A stretch of 64,000 nucleotides of DNA from positions 1,120,001 through 1,184,000 of the forward strand of contig CAXXFF010000002.1 in NCBI GenBank assembly GCA_963676835.2, written 5' to 3'. Below are positions 48,760 through 57,388 of the stretch, piece by piece. A model generated the notes under the pieces. It searched no databases. It worked only from the letters and a program-made list of their open reading frames with translations, and was not told the DNA's origin. The position numbers were made by a program, and so were the translations under genes. Source of the DNA: Marispirochaeta sp. Lineage in GTDB: Bacteria > Spirochaetota > Spirochaetia > JC444 > Marispirochaetaceae. Each line of letters opens with the position of its first letter. The stretch's first letter is position 1.

Positions 48760-48788
48760 GGAACTTTATTAAGCTCCGGAACGACTAA
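48760..48788 (+). promoter_or_regulatory. ECF-type promoter
   Basis: GGAACT-N16-CGACTAA upstream of an operon that encodes an ECF sigma. Confidence 0.6.
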
Positions 48789-48817
48789 CAGACAAATACC
48801 TTCGGAGGTAATAGATT

Positions 48818-49333
48818 ATGAAGAAGATTATTTTTCTGGTACTCCTCGCTGCAGGATTTATGTCGGTATCACAGCTTTCTGCTCAGTCTCTGGTTGAGGA
48901 GGCAGTTCTTCTGCGCCTTGATTTGCCTGTGGCTGTTAAACAGCAGATAAAAGAGCTGGTCATGGAGCAGGCACAGTTGGAGCGGGAGCTCGGAGCAGAT
49001 CAGAAAATCCTGCAGGCACGGCTTGAACGGATGCTGATTAATGAAGACCCTGATATGAATCAGGTTGAAAATATTTTACGGGAATCTCTCTCGCTGAAGC
49101 TGAAAGAAGAGATGGGCCGGATAACCAGGACTCAGGAGATGCGCAAGCTCATGGGTGAAGAGAAATGGACCCTGTTTCTACGCACCCGGGCGGAAATCCG
49201 CAGCAGAATTGAAAACCGTATTAACGATAGCAGGAGTGCGGCAGACCGCAGCAGCAGGACAGAAAGCAGTTCGCCAGGTTCCGCCTCTTCTGGAGGCAGC
49301 GCAGGTTCAACAGGAACAGCCGGAAGACGGTAG
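48818..49333 (+). CDS. Periplasmic helical protein (Spy/CpxP or heavy-metal-sensor like)
   Basis: Signal peptide, coiled helices, EDPD, MGEEKW. Confidence 0.65.
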   Translation: MKKIIFLVLLAAGFMSVSQLSAQSLVEEAVLLRLDLPVAVKQQIKELVMEQAQLERELGADQKILQARLERMLINEDPDMNQVENILRESLSLKLKEEMGRITRTQEMRKLMGEEKWTLFLRTRAEIRSRIENRINDSRSAADRSSRTESSSPGSASSGGSAGSTGTAGRR

Positions 49334-49339
49334 TATTCT

Positions 49340-49939
49340 GTGTCCGATCGGGTCTGTATAGAAAAGTATATATCCCAAAACGACGAAACAGCATTTTCAA
49401 CGTTGATAGAACGCCACCGGCCGTTTATCCGCAAAGTTATCTTTGCGGTATTCGGCGGCTGGCCGGAAGAGGCGGAGGAAGCGGAGCAGGAAGTTTTTAT
49501 TGACCTGTCGGAAAACCTGCACCGCTTCAGAGGCGATTCTTCCTTTTCCACTTACCTTTACCGGCTGGCGAAAAACCGGGCCATTGACGGCCTGCGGAAG
49601 ATACGCAGAGGACGAAGCAGATTTGTGACTCTTCCGGAGATTTCAGGAGGGGAAGATCCTCTGGATATCAGTATCCGTAACGAGGACCGCCGTTTTCTAT
49701 ATGCTGTTCTTGGGCAGCTGAAGGATGAAGAGCGAATGCTTATTCTCCTGAAGGATATTGAAGGATTCTCTCTTGAGCAGATTACAGAGATGACCGGGTT
49801 CCCTCCGGGAACGGTGAAGTCCCGCCTGCACAGAGGCCGTAACAGGATGATAAAAGCAGGGGAAGAACTGATGAAAAAGCGGAACAGGCCCACCGGCTCA
49901 GACGGCTTCAACATCTTCAGAAAAAGGAGCAAGCCATGA
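49340..49939 (+). CDS. ECF RNA polymerase sigma factor
   Basis: AEEAEQEVF, FRGDSSFSTYLYRLAKNRAID, GTVKSRLHRGR. Confidence 0.92.
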   Translation: MSDRVCIEKYISQNDETAFSTLIERHRPFIRKVIFAVFGGWPEEAEEAEQEVFIDLSENLHRFRGDSSFSTYLYRLAKNRAIDGLRKIRRGRSRFVTLPEISGGEDPLDISIRNEDRRFLYAVLGQLKDEERMLILLKDIEGFSLEQITEMTGFPPGTVKSRLHRGRNRMIKAGEELMKKRNRPTGSDGFNIFRKRSKP

Positions 49940-50334
49940 AATGTGCTTACTGGAAGAAAATTCAGAATGCCATGGATCATGATGATGAGCTCTCTTCTTT
50001 CGCACTCCATCTTGAAGAGTGTTCATTCTGCCGCCGTCGTGTTGAGCTCTACTGGAAGTTTACAGGGCTGTATGCGGCTGAACTCTCAAATCCATCAGGT
50101 GCTCTTTTTCAAGGGGTACGCAGAAATCCTTCCCGGCATCCTTTCAGGTGGCTGGCCGCGGCAGCGGTTTTTTCGCTGTCCTTGTTCTTCTCCGGCTTGT
50201 ATCTCCCGGGATACCTTGAGGTTCGCAGTCTGCAGAAAGAGTTTGCCATGGAGTTGGCCGCTCATGCCTTCGAGGGGGGGCTCATGGAAGGTTCTGACAC
50301 GGTTGAAACCGGCTATTCTCTCCGGTGGTTTTAG
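49936..50334 (+). CDS. Zinc-binding anti-sigma factor
   Basis: HLEECSFC (HxxxCxxC) and one TM; overlaps the sigma stop. Confidence 0.8.
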   Translation: MKCAYWKKIQNAMDHDDELSSFALHLEECSFCRRRVELYWKFTGLYAAELSNPSGALFQGVRRNPSRHPFRWLAAAAVFSLSLFFSGLYLPGYLEVRSLQKEFAMELAAHAFEGGLMEGSDTVETGYSLRWF

Positions 50335-50386
50335 AAACAGCATTTTTCTGTGAAATAGTAAAAAGTGAGGGCTATAGAAAAAGTAT

Positions 50387-50417
50387 AAAAAAAGGGGCTG
50401 CCGGCTGAGGCAGCCCC
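50387..50417 (-). terminator. Intrinsic terminator
   Basis: GGGGCTGCC/GGCAGCCCC 9-bp stem plus T7 on the minus strand. Confidence 0.85.
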
Positions 50418-50500
50418 CGAATGCGGGAGAAATGGAGAGTATGGCTTTTGACTAAAGCCCGGAAACCTTAGGGTCAATGGATGATACCCTTGACTTCCTT
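50387..50500 (-). ncRNA. Candidate trans-acting sRNA (~115 nt)
   Basis: Own sigma70 promoter, two hairpins, CU-rich stretch and intrinsic terminator; no ORF. Confidence 0.65.
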
Positions 50501-50506
50501 GATATA

Positions 50507-50535
50507 ATTATAACTAAAAAAGTCATAAAAGGCAA
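50507..50535 (-). promoter_or_regulatory. Sigma70 promoter of candidate sRNA
   Basis: TTGCCT-N17-TATAAT. Confidence 0.7.
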
Positions 50536-50598
50536 AGTTTTTTTATAAAAAGTATTGGAAACTTATGGAACTTCAGTAAATACTGTTGTTACGAAAGT

Positions 50599-51765
50599 AT
50601 GCGTATATCTCCTCTCTGGTCTGCAGGTGTTCTTACTCTTTGTTTTCTCATTGTCACCGGTACAGGTATATACCTGAGGTTGGATGATTTTAACAGAACT
50701 CCGCTGCCGGTCCCCCCGGGAGCTCCGGAAATCTATACCCTTAGCTTTGCCGGGGATATCATGGCCCATGATGTCAATTTCCATCTGAAACCCCATGACC
50801 GGATATATCGGGATGTGGAACATCTTCTCCGGAATGATCTGCTTACCTTCGGTAACCTTGAGTTTCCCGTTGATCCATCCAAACCCTATCAGAATTATCC
50901 TCTTTTCAATAATCATCCCGAGTATGTGGAGGCTGCCATCGATGCAGGATTTGATGCCTTCTCGGCAGCCAACAATCACACCGCCGATCAGGGGCCTGAA
51001 TCTATACTTGCAACCCGATCGGTACTGAACGGGTTTCAGGGCGATCGTGGTATATCCTGGTCCGGTATCCGGGGCAATGTGAATGATCCCATGGTTCCTG
51101 TTTCCATCTATAAAGAAGGTATGCACATTGGCTTTCTGGCGGTTACCCTCTTTCTTAACCGTCAGAACGGGGGAGAGCTTGTGTACCTGGTCAACTACAG
51201 AAGCCGCGAACGGCAGGATACTTTTTTTAACTATATTGAATCCGTACGGCCTGCCTACGATCTCCTTGTACTCTCCGTTCATGGTGGCGTTGAGTATCGG
51301 GAGTCCCCATTGCCCTACAAATCAGAATTCTTCCATCGTCTCAGTGATGCCGGGGTGGATATTGTCTGGGGGCACCATCCTCATGTGCTTCAGCCATATG
51401 AGCTTTATTCCAGAAAGAACGGCAGCACCGGGGTAATTATTTACTCGGCGGGAAATTTCATTTCCGGCCAGACCTGGCGGATGCCTCCGGTGGAATACCA
51501 GCCGGAAGATCCGCCCCGGGGAGAAACCGCTCTTTTTCAGGTTCGCCTGGTTAAACGGAATGGAAGAGGGCCGGAGATTTGCGGAGTTTCAGCGCTGCCT
51601 CTGGTAAATTACCGGGATCCGGGATTCGGCATGGTCGTAAAGGGCTACGAGGATATTCTCATGGATGATGAAATTCCGTCAGATTGGAAAAGTTTTTATC
51701 ATTCCCGCCGTGGATCAATTGAAAGTGTGCTTTTCAGGATTGAGCAGCATAATCAGGTTCCGTAG
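50599..51765 (+). CDS. CapA/PgsA-family metallophosphoesterase
   Basis: FAGDIM, GNLE, ANNHTAD, VHGGVEY, GHHPHVLQ, YSAGNF. Confidence 0.9.
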   Translation: MRISPLWSAGVLTLCFLIVTGTGIYLRLDDFNRTPLPVPPGAPEIYTLSFAGDIMAHDVNFHLKPHDRIYRDVEHLLRNDLLTFGNLEFPVDPSKPYQNYPLFNNHPEYVEAAIDAGFDAFSAANNHTADQGPESILATRSVLNGFQGDRGISWSGIRGNVNDPMVPVSIYKEGMHIGFLAVTLFLNRQNGGELVYLVNYRSRERQDTFFNYIESVRPAYDLLVLSVHGGVEYRESPLPYKSEFFHRLSDAGVDIVWGHHPHVLQPYELYSRKNGSTGVIIYSAGNFISGQTWRMPPVEYQPEDPPRGETALFQVRLVKRNGRGPEICGVSALPLVNYRDPGFGMVVKGYEDILMDDEIPSDWKSFYHSRRGSIESVLFRIEQHNQVP

Positions 51766-52169
51766 CGGCTGAGGTAAAAGGGCAGATAGTCTCCTGCGGT
51801 AATTTCCTCGCAATTCTCAATGGTCCAGTTGTACAGATAAGTCCAGCAGGACATTGGTTCACCTGCTTCGGTAAGCACTGGTATCTGACGTCTGATATAT
51901 TCATTGGGCTCACTGAAGCCGGTTCCGTATTCTTCGTATTTATCCAGCAGCGGCAGTGTTTCTTCCGGTTTCTTCAGCAGGTAGATCTCCCCCTTTATTC
52001 TGTATCCCTCGTCTGTTATAAGGGCTCCGGGAAAGCGGTCTATTTCATAAAGTCGGCCGGTAATCCATCCGGAGCCGAAATAGGCCGAATTTTCGGTAAT
52101 GTTCCTGCTGAATGGATTATTGAAACCCTTTCTCAGGGTGCCGTAGGTGAAAATGTAGTTCTGCTGCAT
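51753..52169 (-). CDS. Gamma-glutamylcyclotransferase (AIG2/GGACT family)
   Basis: FTYGTLRKG, FPGA, GEIY, LDKYE, YIRR, WTY.YN. Confidence 0.88.
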   Translation of the reverse strand: MQQNYIFTYGTLRKGFNNPFSRNITENSAYFGSGWITGRLYEIDRFPGALITDEGYRIKGEIYLLKKPEETLPLLDKYEEYGTGFSEPNEYIRRQIPVLTEAGEPMSCWTYLYNWTIENCEEITAGDYLPFYLSRYGT

Positions 52170-52454
52170 ATGCGCGACGAGTGTAGATGGAATTTACATT
52201 AATGTAAACAAGATTTACATAGGATACGAAAATGTCGGAAAATAAAAAACAGACTACGCAATAGATGTTTTAATGCTTGAATTGTAGGATTTCCTCCCGG
52301 TTTAAAATATAAACATTTGTTTTTTGGTAAATCTTTGAATATAAAAGAATTACTGTGCGGTTGAGTCCTGGTGCAGGAGAAACGGTGTAAATGCGGGGAT
52401 CCTTGGCATGGTTGGTGCATATAAAGTTCTATCTGATTCAGGGAAAGAGGAACA

Positions 52455-53237
52455 ATGGACGCCAGTGCATATATACCGGAACAGCCTTTCTGGGAGTTGT
52501 CAGCAGAGAATTTTGTCTCATGCTCGACTATGAACTCCGGTATACTGCTGCAGTACTACAGTTTCGATATGCCTGAAGATCAGGGAGCTTCACTTCTGGC
52601 TGTACCCGACGGTGTGGTTGACATTATCTTCCGCTGCTGCGGTTCCAATCCATGTGCACTGGTCTATGGTTCGGTTCTGAAAGGGAAAAAGATCACTTTT
52701 ATGAAAGGTGCAAAGTACTTCGGTGTCAGGTTTCTGCCCAGTGCAGCTGAACCGGTTCTCGGCAGCCCCCTGGACCAGTTTACCGACCAGAATGTACTTC
52801 TGAATGATATTCAGGATGGTGCAGATAAGCTTTTGGATCAGATCTATAATGCTGAAACCTTTCAGGACAGAGTGGGACACTTTGAGATGTACCACTACGA
52901 GAGGACCAGGAAGAGTAAGCCTGTTCCCGGCCTGGTTCATGAAGTTCTGCGTAAAATCAACTCTTCCCATGGCGATATCCGAATTCAGGCTCTGGCAGAT
53001 GAAACCGGATATTCCGCGCGGCACCTCAACAATATGTTTAAAAAACATGTGGGTGTTTCTCCCAAGTTTTACGAAAGGGTGGTTCGCTTTCAGCGCTGTC
53101 TGGATCAGCTGCGCAATCACCGCACCGGAGATCTTACCGAGCTTGCCTATGATGCGGGATACTATGATCAGGCCCACTTTATCAACGAGTTTAAAGAGTT
53201 TTCCATGAAAACTCCCACGCAGGTTCTCTGCGGCTGA
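52455..53237 (+). CDS. AraC-family regulator (DUF6597-type N-terminus)
   Basis: VPDGVVDIIF, FGVRF.P, GVSPK..RVVRFQ, GYYDQAHFINEFK. Confidence 0.9.
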   Translation: MDASAYIPEQPFWELSAENFVSCSTMNSGILLQYYSFDMPEDQGASLLAVPDGVVDIIFRCCGSNPCALVYGSVLKGKKITFMKGAKYFGVRFLPSAAEPVLGSPLDQFTDQNVLLNDIQDGADKLLDQIYNAETFQDRVGHFEMYHYERTRKSKPVPGLVHEVLRKINSSHGDIRIQALADETGYSARHLNNMFKKHVGVSPKFYERVVRFQRCLDQLRNHRTGDLTELAYDAGYYDQAHFINEFKEFSMKTPTQVLCG

Positions 53238-53353
53238 ATTGATTCCCGACATTCCTTAACTTCTCATCTCTCATTGTAAAAATATACAATAAAATTCAAA
53301 ATATGCATTAAATATGTAAAAATAATATGCGAAAAATAAATAAATATGCAATT

Positions 53354-53372
53354 AGTTCCGTTTTTTCCAATT
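53354..53372 (+). promoter_or_regulatory. Probable AraC operator, copy 1
   Basis: AGTTCCGTTTTTTCCAATT, 16/19 identical to 57291-57309. Confidence 0.6.
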
Positions 53373-53483
53373 GGATTTAAAGTGAGTATGGTATTTACAT
53401 AGTAAGAAAGCCTTCTGCCTGAGTGCCACCAGGCCGTGGATAAATGCTTTCAATTTATTAATAGCGCTCGGAGGAGAAGCACT

Positions 53484-54872
53484 ATGAACGAACTGAAGAA
53501 AACCCTTGGGTTCTGGTCCTGCTTTGCAGTTGGAGTTGGACTGGTTGTAGCGTCAAGTACGCTCGTAACCCTTGGGCAGGGTATGGGAATGGCTGGTGCC
53601 GGATTTATTTTTGCCATGCTGGCGGCCTGGTTTCTACAGCTGTTTTCAGCCCAGAGTTTTGCAGAGCTTTCCTGTTCGATTCCAAAATCGGGCAGTTTGA
53701 GCTCCTACGCACGGATCGCAATCGGTCCTCTTGTTGGTATGGTCAGTCTGCTGACCGGTTATATTCTTATGAGTATGGCCACTGTTCCCGCGGAGCTGGC
53801 AGTAGCCGGCGCGGTGTTTAACGGAGTATTCGCCCCGTTCTTTTCACCATCACTCTTTGCACTCATTCTGCTGGTTGTGCTTACTATTCCCAACATCATC
53901 GGTGTTGATATGTTTGCCAAACTGCAGCTGGTCCTGACTTCCATCATGATCGTGTCCATGAGTGTTCTGGGACTTATCGGTCTGCTCGGCCTGGGTAATC
54001 CTGTTCCCGAGATTCCAAGTGCATCTTTCAACCCCATGGGATGGGGAGTCCTCGGACTGACTGCCCTTGCAATCTGGCTCTACATCGGTATCGAGTTTGT
54101 AACTCCCTTTGTTGAGGAGATCAAAGATCCTGCCAAGAATATCCCCAGTGCCATGGTTATGGGACTTGTGGTTATTATCGGTGTAAACCTTCTCTACGGA
54201 TTTGCCTCTATCCGGTATCTTCCCCTTGATGCTCTTGCAGAGTCTGATTCACCCCATGTTCTCGTGGCTGAAGCAATTCTCGGAAAAGCTGGTATGATCT
54301 GGATTGGTATCGTCTCTATTGCGGCGACTGCAAGTTCTGTAAATACCTTTATCGGTGTAATTCCCCGTATGCTCTACGGAATGGCCCAGGCTGGTGAAAT
54401 GCCTTCCTTCTTCGCCAAAATACATCCGAAGTTCAGAACACCTTATGTAGGTATCATTTTTACCGCAGCTGTATATGCTGCACTGCTGCTTGTTGGTATC
54501 GCCGGTATTGAACAGATCCTTATTCTGATCATGTCTGCCTGTGCCTGCTGGCTCCTTGCATACGTTCTTGCCCATGTTGTAGTAATCATCATGCGGAAGA
54601 AATACCCCGAGCTCAAACGCCCCTACAAGACTCCCCTGTATCCGCTGCCCCAGATTATCGGATCCCTGGGAATGCTGTACGCCATCTGGCAGATCTATCC
54701 TGAGCCCATCACCAAGATGACCATCTACTCTTATGCACTGGTGATGATCCTCATCGCGGTAGCTTTCTCTGCGGTATGGCTCAAGTTTGTAAAGAAGGTT
54801 CCCCTCTTTAAGCCGGTAAGTCTTGCTGAAGAGATGGGCGAAGAGTTCGCTAACGAACTTCTCGGGAAATAG
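53484..54872 (+). CDS. APC-family amino acid/amine permease
   Basis: 12 TMs, SFAEL..IPKSG, W.YIGIEF, EEIKDPAKNIP, PRMLYGMA, RPYKTP. Confidence 0.92.
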   Translation: MNELKKTLGFWSCFAVGVGLVVASSTLVTLGQGMGMAGAGFIFAMLAAWFLQLFSAQSFAELSCSIPKSGSLSSYARIAIGPLVGMVSLLTGYILMSMATVPAELAVAGAVFNGVFAPFFSPSLFALILLVVLTIPNIIGVDMFAKLQLVLTSIMIVSMSVLGLIGLLGLGNPVPEIPSASFNPMGWGVLGLTALAIWLYIGIEFVTPFVEEIKDPAKNIPSAMVMGLVVIIGVNLLYGFASIRYLPLDALAESDSPHVLVAEAILGKAGMIWIGIVSIAATASSVNTFIGVIPRMLYGMAQAGEMPSFFAKIHPKFRTPYVGIIFTAAVYAALLLVGIAGIEQILILIMSACACWLLAYVLAHVVVIIMRKKYPELKRPYKTPLYPLPQIIGSLGMLYAIWQIYPEPITKMTIYSYALVMILIAVAFSAVWLKFVKKVPLFKPVSLAEEMGEEFANELLGK

Positions 54873-54874
54873 CT

Positions 54875-55459
54875 ATGAAATTGAGACAAAAGATCGATAA
54901 AGCAGCATCTGATCAGCTGGAAAGAATCCTGACCACCTTCCCCAAAAGCTGGGGAACAGCGGACAGGGGTGATGATCTGATGGAATACAGGTTTGATTCT
55001 TTTTCTGACGGAGCAGAGATGGCTGTGGCGTATGACGCAAAAAAGCAGCTTCTTGGCGGTGTCTTCTCCCTTGTTTTTACCTTGGGGTGTGCAAACACCT
55101 CAGGTGTAGAAAGTGGAAAAGCGAAGCTTCAGTATAAAGGCAGTTTCATTAAAGGTGATGCCTTTTTCTCCGCCGGAAAGAAATCAGACTCACTGCTCGC
55201 TGAGGCATTAAACAGCTACCCTGATTTAATGAAGATACTGAGCGAACTTGATCTTTTGTCCATGAATGTGTCCGCTGATAACGGCACACTGAAGGTTGAG
55301 CTCTCCCCGCTGGGGGGAGCTTACACCTACACGATCTTTCCTCCCATGAAATATGGGGGACTTCTGCCGGATACTGATCTTGAACGGATCCGGCAGGTAT
55401 TGAATATTTTCGCGGCTGGTTTTTCTGATAATGCCAGACGGGTTGCAGGAGCAGAATAA
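54875..55459 (+). CDS. Hypothetical protein (possibly DUF3156-like) coupled to the permease
   Basis: 2 bp after the permease stop; PLGGAY..IFPP C-terminal motif. Confidence 0.6.
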   Translation: MKLRQKIDKAASDQLERILTTFPKSWGTADRGDDLMEYRFDSFSDGAEMAVAYDAKKQLLGGVFSLVFTLGCANTSGVESGKAKLQYKGSFIKGDAFFSAGKKSDSLLAEALNSYPDLMKILSELDLLSMNVSADNGTLKVELSPLGGAYTYTIFPPMKYGGLLPDTDLERIRQVLNIFAAGFSDNARRVAGAE

Positions 55460-56400
55460 TGAAGAAAGCAGGTTTGTTGCTACTTTTATTTACACTAAGT
55501 ATAACCCTTGTCTTTGCAGACAACAGCATACTGGTAGGCAGCGATCTCGGGGAGGTGATTCTCTGCTCGCCAAACCCCGGACGGGTCGCGGACTATCCGG
55601 AGATGCATGGAGACGCAATCTATGCATTGGGTGCCTCTCCGGATGGCAAAATTGCAGTTTCCGGCGATAAAGACGGAAACATGGTTATCTGGAATACCCA
55701 GACAAAAACAGGAACAGAAATCGCCCGCGCCCACCGCAGTACTATCCGGTCCATCGCTTTTTCCGCAGACGGATCATTCTTTGTAACCGGCGGAAAGGAC
55801 AGAATGGTATTTAAATGGGATTCCAGAACCGGTGCAAAGCTGGAAGAGTTTAAAGGGCATAAAAGCTATGTCTATGGGGTTGCGGTAAGTCCCGACGGCA
55901 GCCGGATAGCTTCAGTTGGTTCAGACAACCTGCTGATGCTCTGGGATGCCGATACAGGGCGGAAGCTCGAGAAGAAGCGGAATGCCCATTACAAGGCAAT
56001 CTATGCTGTTCAGTTTTCTACCGACGGACGACGTATTTTTACCGCCAGCGCGGATAATTTTATCCGCGTGTGGGATGCTGCCTCACTTGATAACATTACT
56101 ACCCTGGAAGGTCATGGAAATGAAGTGACAGCCATTGCTGTCAGTCCCGACGGAAAAATGCTGATCAGCGGAAGCAGGGATGAAAAGATTATTGTCTGGG
56201 ATACTGCTTCCCTGCAGCAGAAAAAGTCCATCAGTTTTCCGGGAAATATCTACACCGTGGGAATTGATTTTTCCAAAGACGGCAGTTATGCCTCTGTAGG
56301 CGACAGCTCGGGAACAGTGCTGGATCTTGATATGGGTACGCTTTCGGTTTCTCAGACAGCTGAAATTACCCCCATGAAATCCCTGATACGGCTCTGGTAG
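55459..56400 (+). CDS. Secreted WD40-repeat protein
   Basis: Signal peptide; GH...V.A.SPDG...SG..D..I.VWD repeats. Confidence 0.9.
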   Translation: MKKAGLLLLLFTLSITLVFADNSILVGSDLGEVILCSPNPGRVADYPEMHGDAIYALGASPDGKIAVSGDKDGNMVIWNTQTKTGTEIARAHRSTIRSIAFSADGSFFVTGGKDRMVFKWDSRTGAKLEEFKGHKSYVYGVAVSPDGSRIASVGSDNLLMLWDADTGRKLEKKRNAHYKAIYAVQFSTDGRRIFTASADNFIRVWDAASLDNITTLEGHGNEVTAIAVSPDGKMLISGSRDEKIIVWDTASLQQKKSISFPGNIYTVGIDFSKDGSYASVGDSSGTVLDLDMGTLSVSQTAEITPMKSLIRLW

Positions 56401-56421
56401 AAGAAGATAGGAGATAAGTAT

Positions 56422-57063
56422 ATGAATTGGAATGAGCTTGCACCTAAAGTAAAGTTTTCTACCCTGGGCAGCGGGGCGGATCTTAAAAGCGAGTATCCAG
56501 ATTTTTCCGTATGGGAGTGGGGGACCGGTCGTTATGGAGAAATCCTGGGCGGAATGGAAACCGACATTAACGGTGGAAAAATAGTCGTTGCCGACTATGA
56601 GTACGAGTATTCCAAACAGATGCATGCCCCTAAAGATGTTGGTGGTATGCGCAGAGGGCTCACTTTCTGTATTCTCACTCATGAAGGTCTTTCTCTTCCC
56701 GAGATCTATCTTCGGAATGAAGCGCCGGTACAGAAGGTTTTCAAACGGGCCATGGGAAAACACGATATCTACTTTTCGGAAGATCCGGAATTCTCCGACC
56801 GTTTTGAGATTCAGGGACCGGAGCTGGAGGTTCATCAGCTTTTCCGTCCCGAGATCCGCAGCTATTTTCTCCGTTATTTTGAATACTCACCCTTGAGAAT
56901 GGAAGTAAAGAATAACGGGATTCTTCTTCACTTCGGCATGATGATACGCCCTGAGGACAGCAGAATGCTGATTTACAGTGCCGTCAATATTGCCAACTTC
57001 TGGATGGATCAGATTGTAAAATATGAGATTCCGCCGGAGGTCTTTTTTAAAGGCCAGATGTAG
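56422..57063 (+). CDS. Hypothetical protein
   Basis: GGAGA SD; DIYFSEDPEFSDRF motif; function unknown. Confidence 0.7.
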   Translation: MNWNELAPKVKFSTLGSGADLKSEYPDFSVWEWGTGRYGEILGGMETDINGGKIVVADYEYEYSKQMHAPKDVGGMRRGLTFCILTHEGLSLPEIYLRNEAPVQKVFKRAMGKHDIYFSEDPEFSDRFEIQGPELEVHQLFRPEIRSYFLRYFEYSPLRMEVKNNGILLHFGMMIRPEDSRMLIYSAVNIANFWMDQIVKYEIPPEVFFKGQM

Positions 57064-57290
57064 ACAGTAAAATTTTTTCAGGGATGACAGCTCTGCACGC
57101 GGTATGCACGTGCTTGTTTTGCCGGCACCTGTCATCCTTTCTGATTATTAATTAAACAGCTTTGTACCCCTGATAAGAGAATAACGTTTTACCAACCTTG
57201 TTGAATAAAAATACGTATTAAGCCGGACAATCTCAGCTAATTGGAATAATTATAAAAATATTTCAAATAAAGTTGCATATTTTTTAGTTC

Positions 57291-57309
57291 AGTTCCGAAA
57301 TTTCCAATT
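57291..57309 (+). promoter_or_regulatory. Probable AraC operator, copy 2
   Basis: AGTTCCGAAATTTCCAATT upstream of the GS-like operon. Confidence 0.6.
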
Positions 57310-57388
57310 TTGAATACTGTCCCCTGTGGTATCTATACACCAGTAAGGGAGAACTTTTATTTCCAGCTAATGGAGAAGGAGAGATACT

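Noticed and set aside
57082..57137. GGATGACAG..CTGTCATCC inverted repeat as an ncRNA
   Set aside because: Single 9-bp stem after an operon end; no family features recognised, most likely terminator-like.
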